Below, one piece after another: positions 1-11,602 of a stretch of 64,000 nt of DNA. Source of the stretch: Oopsacas minuta (lineage: Eukaryota; Animalia; Porifera); NCBI GenBank assembly GCA_024704765.1, contig JAKMXF010000298.1, positions 372,001 through 436,000 on the forward strand, read 5' to 3'. The number at the start of each line of letters is the position of its first letter. Positions within the stretch are counted from its first letter, which is position 1. The notes under the pieces are model-generated. The model worked only from the letters and a program-made list of their open reading frames with translations, searched no databases and had not been told where the DNA came from. The position numbers and the translations under genes were made by a program.

Positions 1-521
1 AACCGATTATATATATGTTACTTCAACGGTTTGTGACCATATTTGTACAATTTCAGACTTCGATCTAAGCGGGTGTTTCGATCTAACGGGGAGTTGACTG
101 TACTTATTTGACTAATATATTTATTCTAGAACTCAAGCTAAACCAGATGAAGATCCTTTCCAGGTTGATTCAGGAAGTGCATGGGTTAAGTTCTGAATCT
201 TTACAGCATTGAAGAATTGTAATATATTAATAAGCTATTTTTAGCATACAGTTCTTAGAGATGATTATTGCATTGTTATTATTATAATGGTACACACGTA
301 TATTGAATTGTTCTTTTAATTATGATCTTGGCTATTATTTATCAATAATTTGGTAAGGAAGAATATGCTATTACGTATTATATCTAAATATGACATTACA
401 ATAAACAGGAAATAACTAAAAGGTTTGACTACATTTGAAGTCTCGTTTTATAGTCAAATTTTTCAGAAATTTCCGCCCTAAGTTCCACGTTTTGTGCAAT
501 AATTCCGAGTTTCACTTTATA

Positions 522-664
522 CAGTGGAACCTGCATAAACCGACATCTGTACCCTGTACAATCCGTAAGACCTCTATAATCCGAAACTGTTTCTGATATG
601 AAATAGCTTCCGACAATACACATTCACCCGCTTAATCCGATGTCGGTTTATGCAGGTTCCACTG
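522..664. mobile_element. Tc1/mariner-pogo-type MITE, 143 bp, perfect 26-bp TIRs, TA target duplication
   Basis: TA|cagtggaacctgcataaaccgacatc ... gatgtcggtttatgcaggttccactg|TA. Confidence 0.9.
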
Positions 665-915
665 TAAGTGAGCATACAAGTTTATCCACGGGCAGGCCAA
701 ATCATTGAAAACATAGATTTCTATGTTCAGGCTTACAGAAATATTTTAAAATAATAATTGGAAAATTGTGTATTTAAGCAAAAACAGCTAAAATATAGAA
801 AATATAGAAGAAAAACTTCCCACAAACAGCAGGCAAGCTAGTAATCAAAGATACAAACAATATTGTTTCAAATAGTCACTACACAACAAAAAAACAAAAA
901 TACAAACTACAATAT

Positions 916-2591
916 CTATTTCCCAGTTTTCTTGTATACACTATTCACTTTTCTATTCTTACCATTCGCGACCTTATGATTTTGAGTTATCAAATCCAAT
1001 TGAGCTTGTGCTAATAGAAATTCCTCATCAGGGGGTATACTATTAAGTGTATAGACAATACACAATACAGATAGTGCGAGGATTATTATGAATATCAGCG
1101 TATAAGGATTTGAAGTTCGTTCCTCAGTAGCTGTAATTCTTTTCAAAGCTAGGTCTGATAATTCAAAGCTAGGATTAAGTCTGTGTGCATGATCATAGTG
1201 TATACGAGCTTCTTGTAGCTTGCCCATTGATTCTAGTACCTACAATAGTTCAACAACTGTACAATGAAACTATGTTTATACGAACACAGTTAATACGAAT
1301 TCCACTGTAATTAGTATTTGGGATCGTCCGAATATTACTGAATATGTTTAATGGCTTGTTTCGGTATACAGTAGAGTTCTCTTATTAGCACGTCATATTT
1401 TGTACAAATAGCCCTTGCTATTAGAAGGATTATTTCCAATACACTCGTAGCTATATGTACAGAAAAAAATTGCTATTCTTACCTCTCCAAGTGTGAAGTG
1501 CTGTAACCATGAATTCTGTTCAGGAGATTGTACTTGTAAGGATATCTTAGCCAGATAAGCTGCATCATTCTGATAGTTAAGGTTATATAGAACTCTAGCT
1601 AGATTCAGTAGTACATCTGCATTATCAGTTTTACGTGAAAGAGCTTTACGAAAGCATTCAATAGCTAGATACGTGTTACCACGGATTCTCCAGTAGTTAC
1701 CTACTTGATTCAGTATATTGCTGGTTAGCGGTTTCTATAAGAAGTATAAGTTTCAATTAATCGTTAAATTTAGTATACCCTACAAAACATGTGAATAGCT
1801 CCTTGATTGGCCCAACATCCCTAGATGTGGTTAATAATATTTAAATAATATAATTTACTCTTTTCATTTCTTCCTTAAGATTCCTCTCAACTTTTCGTAA
1901 AGTTTCTTCATTACTTTCAAGAGAGTTTTCTTTCTTAAATATCATAATCACGTCAGGTTCAGGATAAGGAGGATGTTCTCTGCGCTTTTTAACACCTTCC
2001 AAATGGTCGTAACGTGTTTCTTTTGGGGGTCGTCCGCAGTTAAGTCCGACTTCTTGAAATGGCCTGTTAAAACAAATATTAATATTTATGCGAATTCTAA
2101 GAGAATTTAACCTACTCATTTCCTTTTACCGGAGATTTCCACGGGGTTTTCGGTATTTTCTTCTCATAATCCGGTTGTTCTAGAACAGTCTCTGTAACAG
2201 AATCTTCTATAGAATCGCTTCTACTCAAAGTCCTAATCTCAAAATCTATTTTATTTGTCCTAATCTCATTAATATCTGTATTGATGTCCTCTTCGCTATC
2301 GCAAGGAAATACACTACATTTCTCGTTGATCTTTTTATGTGTATCCGTAGATTCTATTATATTATCTGCTTCTACCCTCTTATAACGTTGTTTCAACGTA
2401 GATATAATCTCTTCATTATCGTCTTGAAAATACCCCCCAGCAGCTAGATGTTTCGGTGTATCTTTCGTTTCAATTGGCACAACTTTCTTACTATCTTTAT
2501 CAAGTTTCCAGTGAGTAACACATAGAGAATTGCTTCCTATGAAAATGAATACGCCATATACCCAAAGGCTTAGAGAACTGCTATGAGTCAT
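916..2591 (-). CDS. TTC17-like TPR protein with signal peptide and C-terminal TM helix. Probable exons: 2591-2116, 2063-1859, 1734-1483, 1239-916
   Basis: Hydrophobic N-terminus followed by THWKL (TTC17-family THW motif). An exon missing from the ORF track (1734-1483) reads NQVGNYWRIRGNTYLAIECFRKAL...VLLNLARVLYNL...SWLQHFTLGE (TPR). GT-AG joins keep frame, including a 52-nt intron at 2064-2115. The last exon has the hydrophobic stretch YTLIFIIILALSVLCIVYTL. Confidence 0.7.
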
Positions 2592-3835
2592 TTGTACGAA
2601 CTGAGTAATATCAAGCAAGGTATATTTTTAGAAGTTAAGACCCCTGTTAATGAGAAACTTGTTTCAGCGCCACATAATGTCTATTCAAGCATGCAGCATT
2701 TCATTATTATTATCTCATTATTCATGACGTTATCATAATACAAGTGGTCAATTCATGGAAATTTCAATGAGTTTACTTCGAAATATGTAAATTAAGCGTG
2801 TTTATGCCGGTCTGTGAAGATAAATCACTAATTTTTACTCGTTTGCAAGTAAATACATAGTGTGTTTGTGTAGTTGAATTACATGAGAAAATTATGAAAT
2901 AATGACAATATTTGTGCTGCAAGTGAACTTGATCCGGGCGGCTAGACAAGTTTGCAACTGATTGTGGCCTAAAATTAAATTTTTTCTGTTTATGTTGAAT
3001 CTTACATAAACTATCTCAGTATATTTAAATTTACGTCATCTCATGTTAGCTATCAAATGTTTTCATTATTACTTTTCAAGCTTATTTGTATTCACAAATT
3101 GAAAATTAAATATCCCAGAAAATCGTATGTTTGTTCTTTAAATACTAACCGCGTTTCGGATGTTTTAATGTAGGAATAATTCGAGTGGGATTTTATTTAT
3201 TTACATCATTTCTGCTCAAAATATACGTACAACTTATATAATTCAATTGAAAATTATATTTTAAACTTGACACAAAAAAGTATACAATTAAAGAAGCTTT
3301 ATAGCTATTTATATATCAAGGGAGCCTAGTGTATTTTAATTGAGGGTTAATTACATAACGATTGTACATACTAATTTTAATTTTTATGGAATAATGTAAT
3401 CTGTTGAAATATTTCACTAAATACGGTATAAAGTCAGGCGCGGCACATCCATTCGAAAATGGTACAGCGACTCCGCACTAGTTAATATGTTACAGTGGGA
3501 ATCATACTTACAAACTGTCTATACAATGTGTGTACAGATATATACGTAGATACAAAAATAATGAAATTATTAACGCATTGTCTATTTTCGAAGAGCTAAG
3601 GCTTAGATAGCGGAGCTAGCAATCGAAAAAGTGGTACTGCGCTCGCCGCACCAGCCGTATCGAGTACGCAGCCCCTCTTTTACTCTACTAGTTGTTCAAT
3701 TTATTGGCTATCACTTGGTTAATGTACACCTCATCTTCATTAATTTTATGGAGGAAGGATACATAAAACAACCAATGGTTCAAACTGGCTAACCTTAGAG
3801 CAGATTTCTCTGTATATAGTTACTCAATCTATATA

Positions 3836-4045
3836 CAGTGGAACTCGGATAAGACGTATCCCTTCGAAAACTACGTACAATCCGAGTGTAAGTCTTATCC
3901 GAATAGATAGCTAATGTTGTATAATGTTTGGGAACTAAATTATTAGTTTGAAAGAAGTAACGCTCATTAAAGGATCACTTCATTATAACAGGAGTTTACT
4001 GTTAGTACTTTTTAACAGAGTGTACGTCTTATCTGAGTTCTACGA
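3836..4045. mobile_element. Degenerate pogo/Tigger-like MITE
   Basis: TA|cagtggaactcggataagacgta ... tacgtcttatctgagttctacga. Confidence 0.6.
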
Positions 4046-4181
4046 TATATCAAAATAAATCTCATTTTAAGAGTTATAATAATTTCAAACAACTCACACA
4101 ACTAACTTTACAATACATAGCATAAGTCAGTACATAAATACGGAGATGTTAGATATTAATCCACTGACACAAGTGACCAGG

Positions 4182-7100
4182 TTACACACTTTCAATAGAA
4201 GAATTATCAGCTAGTAAAATAGGTTGTAACCGCATTGGTTTACTGCTTTCTAATTTAACACTCCTCCCACAGAATACAGTAGTACTAAGATTATCCATAC
4301 AAGTTCCATGGTAAATCTCACTGGCTACAAAATCTCTCTCAGTGCGACTGGCTGATATTTTAGCACGTTGACGTTCTTTGGCATCACGTAGTGCTATATA
4401 GTTAGAAGTTCTCTCTAGATACTCGTCGAATTCTGCTTGTTTCATCTGTTCCATTAGATGATCACTGTGTATTGTTTGGTAGTAATACTGTTCTTCTTGT
4501 AAAGCGTCTTGATTACGAATCTCGAACAGATCTGTTTGCATTTTCAATATCTAATTGAGTTAGAACATATTACATCATATTACCTCATATTTATCTAAGG
4601 TATAAAGTATACCCTCTTTAATATGCAAGGGGCCGTAGAAATCATATCCAGAGTTTCGAATTAATGAAAGTCCACATCTAATTATTTGTATGTAAATATC
4701 AAAATCATATATACATACATTATACGTAAATCAGCTTAATGTAATTTTGCTTTTTCAGAACTTGTTATAACTCAAGTTCTGTCCATATACTTCCTACTGT
4801 GTAATCCATCATTTTCGGCGAAATTTTGTAGCAACAATCCAACAAAAATCATATGCAGTGCAACCTCTATAATTGGGGAACCTGGGGTAATTTTGGTCCA
4901 CCTTCATTCCTTCCCATAGATTCGAACCTCTATATGTGGTGAGTGGGGAATGAACATACTTTAGAGGAAGTTATGCTCCACACCATTGAAATTTACCTCT
5001 ATATGTAGGGGAATTCACGAAAATTTTTCTTGAATTTTGTAGTAAATTTGAAAAAAACCGTATTTATCGCTATGATGAATTGAATTTTGGGTTTCTCAGA
5101 AGAAAATTTCTTCCAAATTTGTATATTCAACCAACAACCTTAAGGCATATAATAATAATAAAATATCATTGGGAAAACAGTCTATTTCTGTGGTAGGATA
5201 TTTTTCAATACAAACCTGTTCACACTTAATCTTGTGTATACTGAGTATTTCTGCTATACCTTCCCTATCATACGCTACAGGTCTGGTACCTTCACTCTCC
5301 AGCTCACTAGCTATCTCACGCCAAATTTCCCCAGTCTTAATATCCATATACCTCTCTATTAACACAATAGTAGCTCTATCCTCTACAGATATACTATCAG
5401 GCACAGACCGGAAGTCTAATCTACTACATAATGAGTAAATCTTAGCTCGCATATTATCTGCTACATCCATGACACATAGACTGTGTAGAGGTTGTTCAGG
5501 CTGTTCTCGCATTTCTCGTTGTAGACCTGTTGTTAATGCCTCGTTAACATCTGCTATAATAATGCCATCCTTCCGAGCAACATTAAGAGCTGATTCCTCT
5601 CTACGCCAGAGCTCAGCTAGTAACGACCAAATCCCTAAAGAACATACCAATCAATAATACTTTGATATATTTCTCAATCTTTTAAATATTTTTTCAAATG
5701 TCATCTAAATACTAATTCTACAGTCAACTCGCGTTATATCGAAGCTCAAGAGACCGCGACTAAGTCTGAAATTGTACAAATGTGTTCCCAAACCGTAAAA
5801 GTAACATACTTTTATCTGTTATATCGAAGAAAATTATCGCGGTCCCTTCAGGTTTGATAAAACGGGAGTTCAGTGTATTAAGCCAATTAACCATGCTAAA
5901 CCTATTAAATATTCAAATGCATTACTCACCAACAGCAGTGTCATTTCTCCCTAAACTCTTGCTAGACAGCTGTAACGTATCTGACATAGATTCAGATCCT
6001 CTCTGGAGTGTATCAATCTTCTGCTTACCTCCCTCCCTAGCCTGCCATGCTTGTAGATGTGGAATACATCTAGCATCATCAGATAGATCAACTAATACTC
6101 CTAGAATAACACTCTTCATAGATATAGGATGTGTTAATAGACAGTCTACTAATACAAATACTCCTTCTTGCATTAGAAATAATTCCTCATTAGCACTACA
6201 TCCTACTACACATGTCCATATAGCATCTAGTGCGTGTAGAAACAACTTATGGTGTCCGAGACCAGCTGAGAATAGGCTGTCTGATATTAATAAGTAATTA
6301 GTGAGAACTTGAATACCTCCTAACAATGTACAGAATTCGTATGTAATAAAGTATGAAATTAATATAGGAAATGGTTGATAATACCAATATACTGATACGT
6401 GTATTGATGAAAATCACATAAATACAAGAATGTACAAGTACTTACCGATATTCCCTAGCAGTTCTTTAGCTCTATCATCAGCTTCACATAACAAACTAAT
6501 CAGCAATAGAGTATCACTCATGGTATCAATATCTAAACCATCTGTACTAGTGGGATCCATAGCATCTAGGAAGGATATCAAGAGAGATAAAACACCAAGG
6601 TCCAATAGTTCTTGATTTAACTGCTCATGTTGGTGACTAGATACGTTAAGTAAGGCTCTGAGACAGAGGAATAACTGAGCTCTCTTGCTACCTCTACTAC
6701 CAGGCTGTGATAATATAGATGTACCTATTGGCAGGTCAGAATTATAAATCATTCATAAATACAGCAGTATTCACCTATTACCAAATTGATTTGATAGAAT
6801 TCCATAGTGGTTGTTTTTCACAATAATACAATGTACAAACAGCTGACAGTTCCTCTAATAGTAAGACAAATAAGTCTGCAAATTATAGATTTATTGCAAA
6901 ATTTCGCAGAATCGCGGTGACGTACTGACATCACACATCGTTACATGGTGCAACAATTTTGCCTAGAAAATTCATACACGATGCAACTGTTGCATCGTGG
7001 TTGGTGGGCTTTAGAATCCTAGCGACAAGTATACATCCGATAAACATAGCTGCCATTGATTAACACCTTACCATAGCTCATATGATCATCCTCACACAGA

Positions 7101-9590
7101 CACCAGTCTAGCATACCCAGTAGTCTAGCATTACCCTGACATGCATGGTATTGTTCTGGTAGTTTACCAGCTAGATGTGATAACACAGATAGAGATTGTA
7201 ATTGTATTTCTTCCCACTGCTCTGAGCTCCATGACAACCGGTGTACAGACCTACTGGTCCCAGAAGATGCCGGTTGTACCGGTGTGACGTAGTAGAGAAG
7301 AGAGGGTAAGAGCGGTAGATGTGAGAGTAAGAGTATAGCAGCTGGTATATCGAGAAATGAGTGTAATATGTTTAGAAGCAGTTTCTTAAATTCAAAATCC
7401 TCATGTGAGTTATCTGGTATGAATCTAGCTGCACTTGTAGGCTGTGAAAAGTATAAATAGAAAATTTACAGACAATTTGAGTCCATTTCCACCAAACTAC
7501 CAGTTAGAACTAAACCTGAAGGACAGTGGTTCCCAACATTTTTGCCTATGACCCCCCTGCTGTCTTCCGTAGACCACCAAGGAATCCATGGTTGGGAATC
7601 GCTGTTCTGGGATAAATTTGTACCATAACCAATCATTTTCAAAATAGAAATTTCAAATTTTCAAAATGTACCCAATTTCAATTCTAACTGTTAGATTTCG
7701 AAAGTTCACATACACATCCTGACGTCACACATAGCTGCACTAATAATAATCTTGAACACTACTTTAATATTAATTCTTACCTGTTCATGAATTTCAGGAC
7801 TACTAGATAACATTATTAGTGTTTGTAACAAGCCAGTTTCAATATAAGGAGAGTTAGGACAATGCTGTACATGTAGAGATAGTATCACCAACAAATCATT
7901 ACGTAACTCCCGTGTACTGATACTGAGAGTGTGTGGAGTAGGAGCGCCAATGGATACATCGTAGTTGAGAAGTTTTAACAAACATCGATGGAGAGAGTCT
8001 ACACATTCCATTGAAGAGAGTTGTGACTGAAGAAATAGCATAAATAATCATGCAATAACAGATTTCCTTGAATGATACCACGAGATGAGCTAATTTTAAT
8101 GTCCTCCCTCCCCGTGGGGCGTAGACAAATAGCTATCGACTAATATGGTAACTATGAAAAAGTATCGTGGTTAGTGAATGCTATGGAAATTAATTTGGTT
8201 CCTAATAAGATTTTGTATGTGATTATATATTTGTGCTGCATTGAAATGAATGAAACAATTCGTTTACCATTCAAGGAAATTAATTATTCTATTTACTTGT
8301 ATTTCATGTCTAGATCCATTCTCTAGTAGATTCCATAATATCTCCATAGCCTGATTAAACTCTACAGCAGTACCAGGACCTTGATTACCTCTTCCCCAGT
8401 CTATTAGCTCCAGCATCAATAGAGGGAGTCTCCCTCCTGAACCAGCTGACAGGATACTCTCTGTACCAGATACAGATCCTGATAATATACTCAGTACTTC
8501 TAACACACAGGAAAACAGGTGAGAGGTTGAGGATAGATCTTCTTCAAGTAGCAAGCCAATCTACAAGAATAATTAAACAATAGTTCAAGTTCCGACCGTT
8601 GGATAATTGAATAATTCTGGCATCCATGAAAATATTCAGGGTAACCTGTGTATGAAGCTTGCTTACTGACAATGGTATCTCAGCTGATATAAATCTAGGA
8701 TCGCGAAAATTCACCAAAACTTACCGGATACTATCTGTATATGTAAACGCGTAAAAAATAAAATGCTAATTTTTAAGTTTTTCTGTATTTTCCTTATCTG
8801 GTTATCTGATTATCTGAATTCTACTATACACAATTAATTACTTGTTTAGCAATGTGACTTCTCTCCACTATTTCCCTGCGTACAGATCTCTTCAGTTTCC
8901 TCTGAGGAGGTTTACTATCCAGATGATGATCAGCTGATTCAGATAAGCTATCTTCTAATGTGTATATTTCATGTATTGTGTTACAAACACTGATACATAA
9001 ATCTGGGTATGATAGGTCCAGTAACTTCCCCATTGACTATAAACATAACAATTGTATAGAAGGAAATTGATAACACTTTATTTGCTGAGATAAATATTGA
9101 AATTAAATAATACAGTATAACCTTAATGAACAGGGTACAAGGAACGCCGAAAAATGCTACCCCGTTTCCGTCTGTGGAGGTTCATTTGTGTGGGACTAGG
9201 AATTCGCTCTATTATTTTCACTTCGTTTCCAGATGTTGCCCGTTTCCACTGCCCCCAGTTATGGCGGTTACACTGTAGTAAATACGTGTATGTATTTACC
9301 TGTACGCATTTAGCTGCATGTTGAGTATAATTCTTTTCGTCAGAAGCTTTTTCCTTCAAAAACGGAATAGCACACAATTTTGTAAGTTCTATTAACATTT
9401 CATTCATTAATGGCCAAGAATCAAGTATTTCATAACAAGCTGGAATCAGCTGTGCTAATTCCGAAAGATCACTCATTAGAAATCCCTTAGTATTCTGTTC
9501 TATTACACGATTAATAGCGTGTTCATGTCTATCTGACACATCACTGATGTGAGGATCTGTAAGTAACTTCACTGCACTACCAACACTCAT
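4182..9590 (-). CDS. CFAP69: Cilia- and flagella-associated protein 69, multi-exon (ORF pieces 9123-9590, 8824-9033, 8264-8554, 7706-8041, 7019-7440, 6414-6752, 5922-6326, 5096-5650, 4182-4547)
   Basis: Collinear exon ORFs with CFAP69-like motifs: KLLTDP...PFLKEKASDE (N-terminus), DNMRAKIYSL...RYMDIKTGEIWREI, and C-terminal EYLERTSN...STTVFCGRSVKLES. Flanked by GT/AG sites. Confidence 0.85.
5721..5875. mobile_element. pogo/Tigger-like MITE family B (cagtcaactc...gagttgactg), in a CFAP69 intron
   Basis: TA-flanked TIRs. Internal aagtctgaaattgtacaaat...cccaaaccgtaaaagtaacatac is shared with the copy at 11299-11464 and, more loosely, with copies or fragments at 1-100, ~20880-20960, ~22073-22222, ~32455-32523, ~32908-33096, 33940-34097, 52604-52697. 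Confidence 0.8.
7524..7604. mobile_element. Short hAT (Charlie/MER20-like) MITE remnant
   Basis: TIRs cagtggttcccaac / gttgggaatcgctg. No clear TSD. Confidence 0.55.
9113..9275. mobile_element. TA-flanked MITE family D (cagtgtaacctc...gaggttacactg) in CFAP69 intron 1
   Basis: Related copies at 25330-25530, 27494-27591 and ~29620-29708 share gaaaaatgctaccccgtttc. Confidence 0.7.
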
Positions 9591-9839
9591 ATTTGCTATT
9601 CATTAAACAAAGTATAAAGCATTAAATATTGTCTATGATCAATTCTGTGTTTCACGAACCATAGCATTATTTATGTGCACATAGTAATATCCACGATACT
9701 ACTCTCAAAATATCTAAAATACCCTTGAGAGCTTAAGCATCAAGTGTTTTCACTTTTGGAATATTAGTTAGCAACGATTTTCACTTAAAATCGGATTTAT
9801 ATCGTGAAAGTATCATTTATTATTTTCATTAGCTAAACA

Positions 9840-10349
9840 ATGCTTTCAGAAGTATTTCTCCTCAAATTATGCATAATAACTGGAATTACAGCATACATCG
9901 TGGGACCTGTACAATTTAAAATATACTCCCGACAGGCTGGACATCTGGTGGGGAATCTCATGAGAATAATTCGTAAGTCAACAGCTATTTATGAAGAAGT
10001 TTCAAAAGATAAAGAAATTGCAAAAGTGTCAGGAGAGTTAAAAACTGGTATACAACAATTGAATAAGATTGGACAACAGTTTAGTATTGCGAAAAATATA
10101 ATTCGTTCTCCTTCACAGATTGTTAATTTCGCAAACAAATATGAAGCAATTGGAGAAAAATCGAAAAAGGAAGAGGTGAAACAAATTGAATCTAGTAAAG
10201 ATGTGAATTTACCCCAAAAGGATGAAGTTGAAAATGTCCAAAATGGACCTCTATACAAAGAACAAGTAGGTGGAGCAATTTATGTGGCAAGAACCACGGT
10301 TTTGATACAACAACATAAAAATGATCCTTATTCAATACAAGATAGTTAA
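9840..10349 (+). CDS. tatB: TatA/B-family membrane protein, most like mitochondrial-type TatB (169 aa, intronless)
   Basis: N-terminal short TM helix ending in a GP hinge (GITAYIVGP), amphipathic helix SRQAGHLVGNLM, then V-x-x-EL-x5-QL-x-x-I, a charged linker and C-terminal GGAIYVA. This matches my recollection of TatB, especially plant mtTatB. Confidence 0.65.
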   Translation: MLSEVFLLKLCIITGITAYIVGPVQFKIYSRQAGHLVGNLMRIIRKSTAIYEEVSKDKEIAKVSGELKTGIQQLNKIGQQFSIAKNIIRSPSQIVNFANKYEAIGEKSKKEEVKQIESSKDVNLPQKDEVENVQNGPLYKEQVGGAIYVARTTVLIQQHKNDPYSIQDS

Positions 10350-10612
10350 TGTATTATAATTTAGTTGCTTTTTCACGAAATTTATTATATTAAAGATCAA
10401 AAATGATTTTAACATAAAGTGGAGGATCCAAACTGTATTTCCAAATGATGAATATTCTGCGAATTTCGTCACAAGCATATACTGTATTAACTATCCATGG
10501 ATGGGTAATCTACTAAACAAATATCAACGCATACAGTACAAAAAATGAATAAATATAAATAAGATAGAACTAAAAATATTCGATTTAACATCTCTAACAA
10601 ATCCCAGAAAAA

Positions 10613-11197
10613 TTATTCCACCTTTATTTGTCCATCAATGAAAGCTAGGCTAATTGAATATATAGCTATTAATGGTACAAATATCCAAATCAGATTAGGA
10701 AATAGATAGAATGTGAACAGAGTAATCGCATCATTATGTCCTGTGTGTTTAAATCCACCAACAACTTCCATCATAAAGTAGAGCATAGTTTTAGAAAGTG
10801 TCATAGAACTTGCTATTAGAGCAAGTATTGAAGCTCCTTTGTAATTACGTGTACAGAGAGTTAGCAAAGAAATAATATTCAAAACGACTTCTACCAAATT
10901 CATTAGGGCTACAGAATAAATGAAATCATCATTGAGATCATCATACAATGTATCAACTTCTATATAAATACCGTAGCTAGCTTTCCAAATAGGATTGGAG
11001 ATAGAATGGGGTCTGTTCAATACAAATCCTAAATCCCAGAGAGTGATAATACTCGTAAAAATTAGCCATGTATAGATAAATTGCGGTATTTTTGCACTTG
11101 ATGGGAGGTATTTGGAAATTAAGTGTGAGATGATCATAACAGAGCCTAAGATTACACCCATCAGGATTGAGCCAAATATCAGTTCTTCTTTTCCCAT
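10613..11197 (-). CDS. EXPERA-domain (emopamil-binding protein-like) multi-pass membrane protein, 194 aa
   Basis: About five hydrophobic helices. Motifs WD-x-G-x-VL-x-RP, Y-x-EVD-x-x-Y, E-x-x-N/LVE and PNLIWIFVP are typical of the EXPERA family. Confidence 0.7.
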   Translation of the reverse strand: MGKEELIFGSILMGVILGSVMIISHLISKYLPSSAKIPQFIYTWLIFTSIITLWDLGFVLNRPHSISNPIWKASYGIYIEVDTLYDDLNDDFIYSVALMNLVEVVLNIISLLTLCTRNYKGASILALIASSMTLSKTMLYFMMEVVGGFKHTGHNDAITLFTFYLFPNLIWIFVPLIAIYSISLAFIDGQIKVE

Positions 11198-11298
11198 AAT
11201 ATAACTCGCTAATACCTAAATTCGCAATTAAATAAAGAGCTCAGCTCCAGGTAACTCGACTTCCATATAAGGAATAAATTGCAATATACGAGCAAGTA

Positions 11299-11464
11299 CA
11301 GTCAACTTCCGTTATATCAACACGGATATATCAAAATACCCTTATATCTAAGTCTGAAATTGGACAAATATGGTCCCAAGCCGTAAAAGTAACATACATT
11401 ACCCCAGTTATATCGAAGTAATTTATCCTGGTCACTTGAACTTCGATATAACGTGAGTTGACTG
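11299..11464. mobile_element. MITE family B copy between the EXPERA gene and DHPS
   Basis: TA|cagtcaacttccgttatatc ... gatataacgtgagttgactg|TA. Confidence 0.85.
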
Positions 11465-11602
11465 TACGTAGTATGAGAATAGAATTTCTCCAATTAATAT
11501 ATTACACACTAATCTACACTAAATCGAATATTCTAAGTTCTATTCGCATGCAAAAAATAAAATTATCTAAATTGTTTCCTAAACCTTTTCCTACACAATT
11601 GA

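Noticed and set aside
429-623. 64-aa ORF
   Set aside because: About half of it lies in the MITE at 522-664, and it has no protein-like features.
916-933. C-terminal KKTGK of the TTC17-like protein as an ER-retrieval signal
   Set aside because: The lysines are at -5/-4, not the -3/-4 or -3/-5 positions required.
5169-6615. Plus-strand ORFs 5169-5438, 5469-5657, 5782-6297 and 6430-6615 (and similar ones opposite USP34, the PKCs, RBBP4 and HM13)
   Set aside because: Antisense shadows of real exons or MITE-derived frames, with no independent motifs.
9840-10349. Bacterial contamination as the source of the TatB-like ORF
   Set aside because: It lies between a spliced eukaryotic gene and an EXPERA gene, has similar AT-rich composition, and has no tatA/tatC operon context. 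Old HGT is not excluded.
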